Of a stretch of 64,000 bases of DNA, positions 29,460-39,014 are shown piece after piece. The stretch is from NCBI GenBank assembly GCA_963845515.1, contig CAWJSR010000049.1, forward strand, positions 76,722 to 140,721. Reading direction: 5' to 3'. A program made the position numbers and the translations under genes. This DNA is from an uncultured delta proteobacterium (lineage in GTDB: Bacteria; Myxococcota; Myxococcia; Myxococcales; Anaeromyxobacteraceae). The first letter of the stretch is position 1. Each line of letters opens with the position of its first letter. The notes below the pieces were generated by a model that searched no databases, was not told where the DNA came from, and saw only the letters and a list, made by a program, of their open reading frames with translations.

Positions 29460-29590
29460 GGCGCGCGGGGATGATGGCGGCGATCGCCCTGGTGCTCATC
29501 GTGGCCGCGTTCGTGGCGGCCATCCTCCTCGAGTCCAGGGGCAGGGAGGTCCCCGACGGCGCGTCGGGTGACGGCGGGTTCGACGTCTGA
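29456..29590 (+). CDS. 44-aa single-TM small protein (not in the ORF track)
   Basis: ATGA overlap with the upstream stop. MRRAGMMAAIALVLIVAAFVAAILLESRGREVPDGASGDGGFDV, with G/C-ending codons. Confidence 0.6.
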   Translation: MRRAGMMAAIALVLIVAAFVAAILLESRGREVPDGASGDGGFDV

Positions 29591-29629
29591 GCGGGGCCGC
29601 GGCGCCGGTTTCTGGTAGGTAAGGGCGCC

Positions 29630-31141
29630 ATGCTCATCCCGCGCCGCGCCTCCCTGCTCCTCCCCGCGCTGCTCCTGCTGTCCGCTTGCCCCGAGCCGGC
29701 GGAGCGGCCGCGCTCCGGGGCCGCCGCGCCCGGCACCGTGCCGGCGGCGCCCCCCGAGATCACCACCGTCGCCAGGCCGGCGGGGCCGGAGTGGTTCGGG
29801 ATCTTCCTCGTCGGGAAGAAGGGCGGCTGGATGGTCCAGGAGCTCCACACCGAGCGCGACGGCGGCAAGGAGCTGCTCGTCGCCAGGCAGGAGACGGTCA
29901 TCCGGGTGGAGGTCGCCGGGAAGAAGGTCGAGCGCAGGCAGTGGGAGGAGCGTCGCTACGAGGCCCGCCCCGGCGGACGTCTCGTCCACCTCCACGCCGA
30001 GTGGTCCGGCGACGGCGGCGCGAAGACGGTCGACGGGAGCTGCCGGTCGGCGACCTGCACGCTGACGATCACCGGCGCGGACGGCACGAAGACCGAGCGG
30101 GTGCTCGAGGAGGTGGGTGAGACCGCCGAGACGGCCGACGCGATCCGGATCGTGGCCGCGCGCCGGGCGCCGCTCTCGGGCCCCGCGCTCGACCTGGACC
30201 AGCTCCGCGTACGGCAGATGCGCCACGCCTTCGTGCGGCGCGAGACGCTCGGCGCAGGCGGCGTCCCGCTCGAGGTCTCGGTGGTCTCCGAGCAGGAGGA
30301 GGGGGACCGGCTCGCCGTGGAGGCGAAGGTGGCGGACGACGGGCGCATCCTCGAGATCCAGGTCGGGTCGGCCATCACCGCGCGGGCGGAGCCCGAGGCG
30401 ACCGCGAAGCGGCTCGACGCGGTGGATCTCTTCCTGCTGTCGCGGGTCGTCCTGCCGGCTGCGCCCCCGCGCGACGTCCCGGCGCGGGTCACCTACCGGT
30501 TCGAGCGGCTCCCGCCGGCGTTCCAGGTGGAGGACGCGCGCCAGCGCTTCGCGCCCGGACCGAAGGGCTCGGTCATCCTGACCGTCACGGCGCGCCCGCC
30601 GGCCGCGGCGGATGCGCGCCGCGACACGCCGCTCGCGAGGGCGGCCGCCAGGGGAGGCCCCGACGTGCAGCCCACCCCCCAGTTCGACTCGGATTCCCCG
30701 GCGATCGCCGCGCTGGCCAGGGAGGTGGCGGGCGGCGCAAAGGGGACCTACGAGGCCGCGGTGAAGCTCGAGCAGCACGTCTTCGCGCGGCTCCAGAAGA
30801 CCTACGGGACGTCCAACGACCGCGCGAGCGACGTGCTGGCGGCGGGGCGCGGGGACTGCACGGAGCACACGGCGCTCCTCGTCGCCCTCGCACGATCCCT
30901 GGGAATTCCGGCGCGCCCGGTCCACGGCCTCGTCTTCGCGGCCTACGGCGACGGCGTGCCGTCCCTGTACTGGCACGCGTGGGTGGAGGTCCGGTCGGGC
31001 GGTGAGTGGATCCAGCTCGACCCCACGTTCGGTCAGCCGATCGCCGACGCGACCCACATCGCGCTCGGCGGCGGGACGCGGGTGGACACGGTGGGGCTGC
31101 TCGGCTCGCTCAAGGTCCTCTCGGTGGACGTCGGCCGTTGA
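29630..31141 (+). CDS. Transglutaminase-like domain lipoprotein
   Basis: Lipobox LSAC. Catalytic triad motifs GDCTEH, HAWVEV, WIQLDPT. Confidence 0.9.
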   Translation: MLIPRRASLLLPALLLLSACPEPAERPRSGAAAPGTVPAAPPEITTVARPAGPEWFGIFLVGKKGGWMVQELHTERDGGKELLVARQETVIRVEVAGKKVERRQWEERRYEARPGGRLVHLHAEWSGDGGAKTVDGSCRSATCTLTITGADGTKTERVLEEVGETAETADAIRIVAARRAPLSGPALDLDQLRVRQMRHAFVRRETLGAGGVPLEVSVVSEQEEGDRLAVEAKVADDGRILEIQVGSAITARAEPEATAKRLDAVDLFLLSRVVLPAAPPRDVPARVTYRFERLPPAFQVEDARQRFAPGPKGSVILTVTARPPAAADARRDTPLARAAARGGPDVQPTPQFDSDSPAIAALAREVAGGAKGTYEAAVKLEQHVFARLQKTYGTSNDRASDVLAAGRGDCTEHTALLVALARSLGIPARPVHGLVFAAYGDGVPSLYWHAWVEVRSGGEWIQLDPTFGQPIADATHIALGGGTRVDTVGLLGSLKVLSVDVGR

Positions 31142-31202
31142 CCTCGCGGCCGGGGTCGGGTTGGATCGGCGCCCCTTCCAACCCCTCGCACGGGAAGACC
31201 AC

Positions 31203-31622
31203 ATGACCGGACTGGATCACGTCGCAATCCTCGTCGCCGACCTCGACGCCGCCATCACGCTCTACCGCGACGTCTACGGACTCACGCTCCACGAGGTCGA
31301 GGTCGTCCCGTCCGAGAAGGTGAAGGTCGCCATCTTCGGCGAGGGGCTGGGCCGAATCGAGCTCATCTCGCCCACCGGCCCCGACAGCCCGATGGCCAAG
31401 GCGATCGAGAAGCGGGGCGAGGGGCTGCACCACGTCTGCCTCGAGGTGGCGGACCTCGTGAAGGCGATCGCCGGGCTGAAGGCGCAGGGCGCGCCGCTGC
31501 TCGACGAGAAGCCCCGCCCGGGGGCGGGCGGCACGGAGGTGGCGTTCGTCCACCCCAAGGGGAGCAACGGCGTCCTCGTGGAGCTGAAGCAGGCCGGCTC
31601 GGGATCGCATTCAGGGGTATAG
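31203..31622 (+). CDS. mce: Methylmalonyl-CoA epimerase (VOC family)
   Basis: DHVAI.V, IELISP, GEGLHH, AFVHPK...GVLVEL. Confidence 0.9.
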   Translation: MTGLDHVAILVADLDAAITLYRDVYGLTLHEVEVVPSEKVKVAIFGEGLGRIELISPTGPDSPMAKAIEKRGEGLHHVCLEVADLVKAIAGLKAQGAPLLDEKPRPGAGGTEVAFVHPKGSNGVLVELKQAGSGSHSGV

Positions 31623-31647
31623 TCCGCTTCTTTCCAAGGGGAACCAC

Positions 31648-33390
31648 ATGTCTCGCACGCTCGCCGCGCTCGCGGCCCTCACGCTCATCGCAGGCGCCGC
31701 GCGCGCCGCCGACGAGGTGGACCCGAAGACGCAGGCCGCCATCCAGGCCGCCGTGGCGGACGCGGTGGAGAAGGCGGAGGAGCGGCTCCGCTCCGACGTC
31801 CAGACGTCCCAGGCGTCGAAGGAGATCGACGCGGCCGTCTCGCCCGGGCCGAAGCTCGAGTTCCTGGAGCTGGACGGCTACTTCCGCCTCCGCGGCGACA
31901 TGTACGACGACCTCGATCTCGACTCCGAGACCGACGCGGCGGGGCGCTACCTCTTCCCGATCCCGCTGCGAGGGAGCGCCGACCGCGCCACGCTCGCTGG
32001 CGCCAACATGCGGCTGCGGATCGAGCCGACGCTCAACATCTCGGAGCAGGTCAGGGTCCGCGCGCAGATCGACGTCCTCGACAACTACGCGTTCGGCTCG
32101 TCCAACAGCGTCCAGTTCGACGCCACCGGCAGCCCGTACCCCGTGCCGCTCTACGGGTCGTCGCGCGCGCTCGGCTACAACTCGGCCCAGGTCGATCGCG
32201 ACGCCATCCTCGTGAGGCGCGCGTGGGGCGAGGTCCAGACGCCGGTCGGCCTCCTCTCCTTCGGCCGCATGCCGGCCGGCTGGGGGCTCGGGATCCTGCA
32301 GAACCCCGGGAGCGGGCTCGACGACGACTACGGCGACACCGTCGATCGGATCCAGTTCGCGCTGCCGCCGGTGACCACGCCCGTGGGACCGCTCACCGTC
32401 GTCCCCTCGCTCGACTTCGACTCCGAGGGGGTGCAGCGATTCGATCCGCTAGGCGGCAGGCCGATCGACGCCGACAACGCCGACGACGCGCGGAGCTGGG
32501 GACTGAAGCTCGCCCGGATCGACACCGACGACGAGCTCCGTCGCAAGCTCGACAAGGGGGAGAGGAGCCTCAACTACGGCGCCTTCTACCAGTACAAGGC
32601 GCAGGTCTGGACCTTCCCGGCGTGGGACGAGACCACGGGGCAGGAGATCACGGTCCCCGCTGACAAGCGCAACGCCTACGCACACGTCCTCGACCTCTGG
32701 ACCCGCTGGCTGAAGGGGCGGTTCAAGGCGGAGGTGGAGGCGGCGGGGATCTTCGGCCACGTCGGCGACGCCAACCAGGCCATCGGCACCTCGACGGGCG
32801 AGGTCCTGATCCGGCAGCTCGGCCTCGCGGCCAACGTCGACTTCGCGCTCATGCCCAACAAGCTGCGGCTCGGCGGCGAGGCCGGCTTCGCGTCCGGCGA
32901 CGACGCGCCTGGCTTCGGCAACAACCCGGGGATCGCCGCCGCGACGACCCGCGCCCCGTATCCGTACGGCGTGCTCGAGGGGCAGCAGTACGGCGTCGGC
33001 GGCGATCACTCGATCCGGAACTTCCGGTTCAACCCGGCCTACCGGGTCGACGTGATCCTCTTCCGGCAGATCCTCGGCGGCGTCACCGACGCCTGGTACG
33101 TGAAGCCCAAGGTCCACTGGGACGTGATGCCGGGGATCTCGATCGACGGCGCGATCGTCTACTCCAGCGCCCTCTTCGGCGAGTCGACCCCCAGCTCGAC
33201 GGGCGCGGGCACGGGGAAGAAGGCGCTCGGCATCGAGGGGGACGGGAAGGTCACCTACACCTCGGGCGACGGCTTCGAGGCCTGGGTCGAGTACGGCATC
33301 CTCCAGCCGCTCGACGCGCTCAAGACCAGCTCGGACAGGACGCTCGCGCGCGGCCACGCGCTGCACCTGGGGATCGCGGCGAAGTTCTGA
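31648..33390 (+). CDS. Myxobacterial outer-membrane beta-barrel protein (TIGR04551-like)
   Basis: Signal peptide, LELDGYFRLRG, ANMRLRIEP, FGRMP..WGLG, FNPAYRVD, terminal Phe. Confidence 0.8.
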   Translation: MSRTLAALAALTLIAGAARAADEVDPKTQAAIQAAVADAVEKAEERLRSDVQTSQASKEIDAAVSPGPKLEFLELDGYFRLRGDMYDDLDLDSETDAAGRYLFPIPLRGSADRATLAGANMRLRIEPTLNISEQVRVRAQIDVLDNYAFGSSNSVQFDATGSPYPVPLYGSSRALGYNSAQVDRDAILVRRAWGEVQTPVGLLSFGRMPAGWGLGILQNPGSGLDDDYGDTVDRIQFALPPVTTPVGPLTVVPSLDFDSEGVQRFDPLGGRPIDADNADDARSWGLKLARIDTDDELRRKLDKGERSLNYGAFYQYKAQVWTFPAWDETTGQEITVPADKRNAYAHVLDLWTRWLKGRFKAEVEAAGIFGHVGDANQAIGTSTGEVLIRQLGLAANVDFALMPNKLRLGGEAGFASGDDAPGFGNNPGIAAATTRAPYPYGVLEGQQYGVGGDHSIRNFRFNPAYRVDVILFRQILGGVTDAWYVKPKVHWDVMPGISIDGAIVYSSALFGESTPSSTGAGTGKKALGIEGDGKVTYTSGDGFEAWVEYGILQPLDALKTSSDRTLARGHALHLGIAAKF

Positions 33391-33420
33391 GGGCTGCGGC
33401 GACGGCCGCGGCCGCGCGGG

Positions 33421-35046
33421 TCATCCGCGCGCCAGGCCGGAGCCGCGCTGCGGCACCAGGAACGTGACGGTGGTGCCGCGCGCGGTCTCGCTCGCGATCC
33501 GGATCGCGCCGCGGTGCTGCTCGATGATGCCGAAGACGACCGCCAGGCCGAGCCCTGTCCCCTCGCCGATCTCCTTCGTGGTGAAGAACGGCTCGAAGAC
33601 CCGTGCCCGCTCCTCCGGCTCCATCCCGGCGCCGTCGTCCGAGACCGAGACCTGCGCGTAGGCGCCTGGCGCCGGCAGGCCGGCCCGCGTGGCGGCCTCC
33701 GCGTCGAGCCTCGTCGACGCGGCGGACACGACGATCCGCCCGGCTCCGCGGATTGCGTCCTGCGAGTTCGAGACGAGGTTGACGAGGACCTGCTCCAGCT
33801 GGCCGGGGTCGGCCATCACCGGGAGCGGCTCGGCGGGGAGCTCGATCTCCAGGTCGATCTCCTCGCGGAGCTGCCGGCGCAGGAGCCGCTGAGACCTGCG
33901 GACGAGCTCGACGAGGTCGACGAGCTCGGTCCCCCGGTCCTGGCGCCGGCTGAAGGTGAGGAGGCTCCGGGTGAGGGAGGCCGCTCGATCGACCGCGATC
34001 AGGATCTCTTCGGCGTCGAGCCGGTGCGGGTTGCCGAGCTCCAGGTCGGACCGGAGCACCGCCGCGTGCTTCTTGATCGACGCGAGGAGGCCATTGAAGT
34101 CGTGCGCCACGCCTCCAGCGAGCTGGCCGATGGCGCGCAGCTTCTGGGTCTGGCCGACCTGCTCCTCGAGCTGACGCTGGCGCGTGATGTCGACGCCGGA
34201 CAGGAGGAGGCCGTGGCGCCCGCCGCCATCGTCGGCCAGCGCCGTCGCGTACCAGTTGACGATCCGCCGCTCGCCGGAGGGGCGCGACACCGGGAACTCC
34301 ACGCTGACGATGTCGCCGGGGCGAGCCGCGGCCAGCTCGGCGAGGACACGCTTCCGGTCGCTACCTTCGACGAAGGTCGCCATCCAGTCGCGCCCCAGCA
34401 CGTCAGCTGCACCGCGGCCGAGGATCTCCTCCCCCTTCCGATTGACTGAGCGCGCGCGCCCCTCGTCGTCCAGGACGACGAAGGCGACGCCGGCGACGTC
34501 CAGGTACTGCTGCGCGGCGGCGCGCTGCCGCTGCAGCGCGGTCCCGCTCAGGCGCAGGGCGCGGAGCGGCACGGTCCGCAGGAAGTGGAAGACGAGCACC
34601 GCAAACGGGATGAGGACGACCAGCAGCGCGGCGGCACGAGCGAGGAGTGGGCTCAGCGAGCGCGCGACCTCGACCGTCCCGACGCGCACGCCGGCGTCGA
34701 GCAGCGGCGCCGACCGGGTCATCAGCGGCAGCGGCAGCGGGTCGGAGCTCTCCGCGACGACCTCGCCGCGTGCGTTGAGGATCCTCCTCCGCTCGTCGAC
34801 GCCTCTACGCGGCCTGCTCGAGAGCTGCTCGCCCAGCCGGGTGCTCTCGAACTCCCAGAGATCCGGATCCGCGCTGACGACCTGGGTCACGGCCCAGGAG
34901 GTCAGCTCTGCCTCGGCCTCGATGGCCCCCGCCGCTCGCTGGTAGGAGAGGAAGAACCAGGCCGCCGGCGGCAGCGCGACCGCGGAGAGCGTGAGGGCGG
35001 TGGCCGTCACGGTGAGCCAGCGGGTGACTGAGGGATCTGTCGCCAT
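33421..35046 (-). CDS. Membrane PAS-domain sensor histidine kinase
   Basis: Two TM helices, PAS, AGGVAHDFN, NLVSN.QDA, FEPFFTTK..G.GTGLGL. Confidence 0.92.
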   Translation of the reverse strand: MATDPSVTRWLTVTATALTLSAVALPPAAWFFLSYQRAAGAIEAEAELTSWAVTQVVSADPDLWEFESTRLGEQLSSRPRRGVDERRRILNARGEVVAESSDPLPLPLMTRSAPLLDAGVRVGTVEVARSLSPLLARAAALLVVLIPFAVLVFHFLRTVPLRALRLSGTALQRQRAAAQQYLDVAGVAFVVLDDEGRARSVNRKGEEILGRGAADVLGRDWMATFVEGSDRKRVLAELAAARPGDIVSVEFPVSRPSGERRIVNWYATALADDGGGRHGLLLSGVDITRQRQLEEQVGQTQKLRAIGQLAGGVAHDFNGLLASIKKHAAVLRSDLELGNPHRLDAEEILIAVDRAASLTRSLLTFSRRQDRGTELVDLVELVRRSQRLLRRQLREEIDLEIELPAEPLPVMADPGQLEQVLVNLVSNSQDAIRGAGRIVVSAASTRLDAEAATRAGLPAPGAYAQVSVSDDGAGMEPEERARVFEPFFTTKEIGEGTGLGLAVVFGIIEQHRGAIRIASETARGTTVTFLVPQRGSGLARG

Positions 35047-35879
35047 CACTCCAGGGGCGGCAGGTGGAGCGCCAGGTTCCCCGCCTTCTCCAGGATGCGC
35101 CGCGCCGCCGGCGTCGCCAGGAAGCCCACGAACTTGCGCACGTTGGGGTCCGCAGGCGCCCGGATCACGAGGTAGAGCGTCTTGCCCAGCGGGTAGGTGC
35201 CGGCCTCGAGGTTCTTCAGGGTCGGCGCCACGCCGTTCCAGTCGAGGGGGGTCACGGGGAGCGCCTCGGTGACGATCTGCGTGAGCGACGTCGGGCCGAT
35301 GGAGCCGGGGATGCGCACGAGCATGGCGTTGCACTCCTGGTTCGTGCTGGCGACGAGCATCCCCTCGCGGTCCAGAGCCGCCTCCAGCGCCGCGCCGATC
35401 TCGGGCGAGATGGCCAGGACGATCTGCGTGTCGGCGTCGGTCCGCGGCCGCAGCACCAGGCGGATCCGCTCGCCGTTCGGCCAGCGCGAGACCTCGCCGC
35501 GGTACATCCGCGCGACCTCGGTCGCGGTGACGCCGGTGACGCCGGTGCGCGGCCCGGCTGCGAAGAGGAAGGGCGTCTCCGCGTACGGGATCGCCACGAG
35601 CCCGAGGCTGAACTCGTCCTTGCGGAGCGGCCGCGCCGAGATGCCGATGTCGAGCGCCCCCTTCGCGACGGCCTGGAACGCGCCTCCGCTCCCCACGCTC
35701 GCCAGGACCTTGAGCTGATGGCCGGGGTGGGCCTCCTCGAAGGCGGCCGCGAGCTGGCGCATCGCGCCGAGCGCGGTCCCGGTGCCGCTGACGCGCAGGA
35801 CCTCCCCGGCGCGGCCAGCGGCGGGCAGCAGGAGCGTGGCTCCAACGACGAAGGCGAGGGTGGCGTGGGCGCGTCTCAT
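35046..35879 (-). CDS. PstS-like periplasmic substrate-binding protein
   Basis: Signal peptide, SGTG, SVGSGG, DIGISARPL, GTYPL. 1-bp overlap with the kinase. Confidence 0.85.
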   Translation of the reverse strand: MRRAHATLAFVVGATLLLPAAGRAGEVLRVSGTGTALGAMRQLAAAFEEAHPGHQLKVLASVGSGGAFQAVAKGALDIGISARPLRKDEFSLGLVAIPYAETPFLFAAGPRTGVTGVTATEVARMYRGEVSRWPNGERIRLVLRPRTDADTQIVLAISPEIGAALEAALDREGMLVASTNQECNAMLVRIPGSIGPTSLTQIVTEALPVTPLDWNGVAPTLKNLEAGTYPLGKTLYLVIRAPADPNVRKFVGFLATPAARRILEKAGNLALHLPPLE

Positions 35880-36000
35880 CTCGATCTCGAAGGCGCGATG
35901 GTGGCACGGGGACCAGCCGGAAAGAAGCGAGGCCGAACGTCCACGATGCCGCGCGACAAGAAGGCGCTTGGAGCCGGCAGTAGGTCCGTGAAGGCGCGAG

Positions 36001-37144
36001 TCATGGCGGGGAGGGCGCGTGGGACTCGCTGGGGTTCCGCGCGAACCGATCCATCCACGGGTCGCCAAACACGCGGCGCGCGGCGAGCCCGTTGTGCATG
36101 CGGCAGCAGAGCCGGAGGTTGCCGACGGTGGACCCGCCGCCGCGCGCTCGAGGCACGACGTGGTCGAATTCGAGGCGAACCGTCGAGCCGCAGACCCCGC
36201 CCCCGTCGAGCGGCCACTGACATCGCCCCCCGTCGCGGATCCAGACTTCCCGGCGGACCGCGGCAGGGATGTGGCGGCCGCTCTCGTTCTCTTCCCCAGT
36301 GCCTCCTTCCCTCGCCTCCACCGCGGGAGAGGGCAGGGGGCGCGGCTTCGCGACGATCCCCTTCCGCCTCGCAGCCCGCTCGATGAGCAGGTCGAGACCG
36401 GCCTCGAGGATCGCCTCCGCGTCAGCGCTGGGGCGCGAATGGGACAGCGCAGCGCGCGCCACCTCCAGCTTTTCGAGGAACCGCTTCGAGACCGTGACGT
36501 GTAGCCGGCGCAGGTCGGCGGTGAGCGGTTCGGCGGCGTCGCGCGGGGCGGCCGCCGGCAGCGGGGCCGTCCGGCCGGACTGCGGCGTCGCAGCGAGTGG
36601 ATCGCGGCAGCGTTTCAACCGGATGAAACGCTTGACCCAACGCAAGTGACGCCGGGTCAGCGGCCGGCTGCGCTTCCGAGTCGCGCGCGGCGCTCCCAGC
36701 TACTACCGCGTGGACGGGTGGCGCGAGAGCCGTCACCACCGCGCGGTGCGGCGCGCCTTCTCGAGGAGAGATCTCCGCCGCGACCTCCTTCGCCCGCTGC
36801 TTCGAGGCGTGAAAGAAGCGGGGCAGGACCTCAGCCCTGTTCTCCGGCGCCAGGACTCGCGCCAACTCCACGATGCTGGTGATACAGAGCCGCCCGTCCC
36901 TTAGCGGTTCGACCACCTCAGGGAAGCGCTGGATGAGCTCAGCGGCGGTCTTCCGGTACTGGGCTGCGCCAGCCGAGAGGCCGAGCGCGCGGTGCAGGAA
37001 GTAGAAGAGGCTGGAATATCCGAGCTCGACCCAGAGCCGCCGCCTGTCGAAGTCGGCGAGGGCGACGAGGAAGTCGGCCATGGACCCCTGCTCGCGGCGG
37101 AGGAGTTCGAGGAGACGGGAGGTGAATTCGCGCGCGCTGAGCAT
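36001..37144 (-). CDS. HNH endonuclease with long helical (DUF222-like) N-terminal region (frameshift ~36650)
   Basis: N-terminal LGYSSLFYFL. C-terminal RHIPAAVRREVW.RDGGRCQW...C...LEFDHV.P...GG....NLRL.C..HN. Confidence 0.85.
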
Positions 37145-37541
37145 GCACGCATAGTCTCATGCGCTTTCGGGCCTCTCTGTGACGCGCGCATTCGCCCGCT
37201 GGAACGAAATCGGGAAGGGGGGTTCTTCTCTCCGAAGGTGAAGCCGCGGCGCGTCCCTGGTGTGGCGGTGCGCGCTCAGAGGCGCTGTCTCTTGCGGACT
37301 GTGGAAGCGTGGCGCACCCGAGGTGAATCAGCGTCAAGTGCGCTGTGAGTGGAACCCAAGAGGGACGCGCGCAGCGGTCCGCCGCCGCGGTCGCGACTTC
37401 GCCTTACCGAGCTTTCGCATACGCCGCCCGCCAGTCGCCAAGGGTGGCCGTCCGAGGTGCCTCCGCGTCGATGCCGCTTCTACCGAAGAAGGAGCATGCA
37501 GAGGGCGGGCGCGGGGGGCCGCGCACGGTGAGTGCACGAAG

Positions 37542-38305
37542 TCAGCGCGGCGCCAGGAACTGCTCGTATCGCTGCTCGAGGTACTCGGCCTTCGGACGAT
37601 CGAGCACATTCGCTGGGACATGGATGTGCTGCTCGGCGAACCGAAGGAAGCCGTGCTCCAGTGTCGGGCCGTCGCGGGTGTCGCGAATTCTTTGGTCGAG
37701 TTCGATGCTTCCGTCTGGCCTGATGCCGATCAGTAGCCGATCGAATGCGCCGTGGTGCAGGCGGCAGAGACAGAGGCCGTTCGGGACCTCAGGAACTCCG
37801 CGCTCGTCGCGGTCCTCGACGATGTGGGCCGCGTCCAGCAGTTCGGCGCGTGGAAATCTGCACACGGCACAGCGTCCGTCATAGGCGTCGAGGACCTGGT
37901 CGCGAAAGACGCGGGCCACAGCGGCTCGTATCGATGTGGTGCAATGCCGAACAGGTAGATCAGCGGAGTCCGATCTTCCCAGGCTTCGCGAAGGCAGGTG
38001 TTGTCGTGGTTGTACGGATCCGTGCCCTGGAAACGGTATTCGAACCATCCGCCCGACGAATCCGCCGTGAGGTCGTCGTACCTGGCTATGCGCCCGGACC
38101 GCGGCACGGTCGTCTTGATGCTGAGGACTCCGCGCAGCAGTTGGCGGGGCTTGTGTATTCCGCGCGCCTTGTTGGCGATGAATACTGCCTCGCCTTCGAC
38201 CTCGAGGGTCTCGGAGAGCTGGGACCACGTCACGACGCGACCATGCACCTGCGTGAGGTGCGACAGGCGCGCAAATGCGGCCAGGCGGATGGCGGCGTCG
38301 GTCAC
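37542..38305 (-). pseudogene. SRA-like + HNH putative restriction endonuclease, out-of-frame junction at ~37910
   Basis: N-terminal frame: GIHKP, LSI.T, YDD, YRFQG, DN..LR.A, PLIY, YEPLWP. C-terminal frame: FRDQVL.AY..RCAVC, DAAHI, NGLCLC.LHH.AFD. Confidence 0.75.
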
Positions 38306-38445
38306 CGGAACTCTCCCCGGTGATGCTGCCAGGTGCGGCGCGTCGGCGCTACCCGGGGAGCAGGCGCTTTGGCATCGTGTGCTTGGCGACGCTGAGGCCG
38401 GCACCTCCGGTCGCCGCTGTCCGACCCCCAGGGTATCCGCAGCTC

Positions 38446-38823
38446 ATGGCAAAGCGAGCGTCGAAGAGTGCGCCGTCGAGGAAGGTTGTGAAGCGCGGGA
38501 ATGCGGCCCGCTACTACATCGTGGCGCTCGCCACGTTCGAAGGCGAAGACACGGCCTGCTACCTGCTCGGTGTCGACCCGATGTGGATCGTGATCGCGGC
38601 CAGTCCCACTGCCGGAGCCGGGATCATCGACAGCGGGTATCGCAGCCTCGAGGAGGCGCAGGAGGCGTGGCCCGAGGCGGTCGCGCCGGGGCCCGCGCTG
38701 CGCGCCCGAGCTGGACACGTTCGCACCGGCTGGAATCGGATACCGCCTGTCGTTTCGGAGCATTGGTTCCAGTCCCTCTGGAAGAAGGCCGGGAAGGCGA
38801 GCGCACGAGCGCACGGCGGGTGA
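38446..38823 (+). CDS. Hypothetical protein (125 aa)
   Basis: Plausible composition (IIDSGYRSLEEAQEAWP). Fills the gap before a repeat. Confidence 0.55.
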   Translation: MAKRASKSAPSRKVVKRGNAARYYIVALATFEGEDTACYLLGVDPMWIVIAASPTAGAGIIDSGYRSLEEAQEAWPEAVAPGPALRARAGHVRTGWNRIPPVVSEHWFQSLWKKAGKASARAHGG

Positions 38824-38833
38824 ACCCGAGAAG

Positions 38834-38874
38834 CCCCCTCACCCAGCCTCTCCCCCGCCGGGGCGGGGGAGAGG
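38834..38874 (-). repeat. Palindromic repeat copy C
   Basis: CCCCCTCACCC-ag-CCTCTCCCCCGCC-gg-GGCGGGGGAGAGG. Confidence 0.85.
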
Positions 38875-38943
38875 TGCATCTCCAAGGCTTCAAGATGCGA
38901 TGAATGGTCAGCGTCGGGGCGGAGGAGAGGTGTATCTCCATGG
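38859..38943 (+). repeat. 29-bp imperfect direct repeat pair with a 27-bp spacer
   Basis: CGGGGCGGGGGAGAGGTGCATCTCCAAGG (38859-38887) vs CGGGGCGGAGGAGAGGTGTATCTCCATGG (38915-38943). Confidence 0.75.
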
Positions 38944-39014
38944 TGCCGCGTCCGTGACCGTGAACGCCTCCGCGATCCCTTCCCCACGTCCGCCGTGCTA
39001 CTTTCCCCGGTTCC

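Noticed and set aside
36305..36340. Additional palindromic repeat copy inside the HNH gene (GGGAGAGGGCAGGGGG)
   Set aside because: Only a half match, lacking the complementary arm and the GGGTGAGGGG tail.
38859..38943. CRISPR array
   Set aside because: Only two imperfect repeats, no cas genes or leader; kept only as an unexplained direct repeat.
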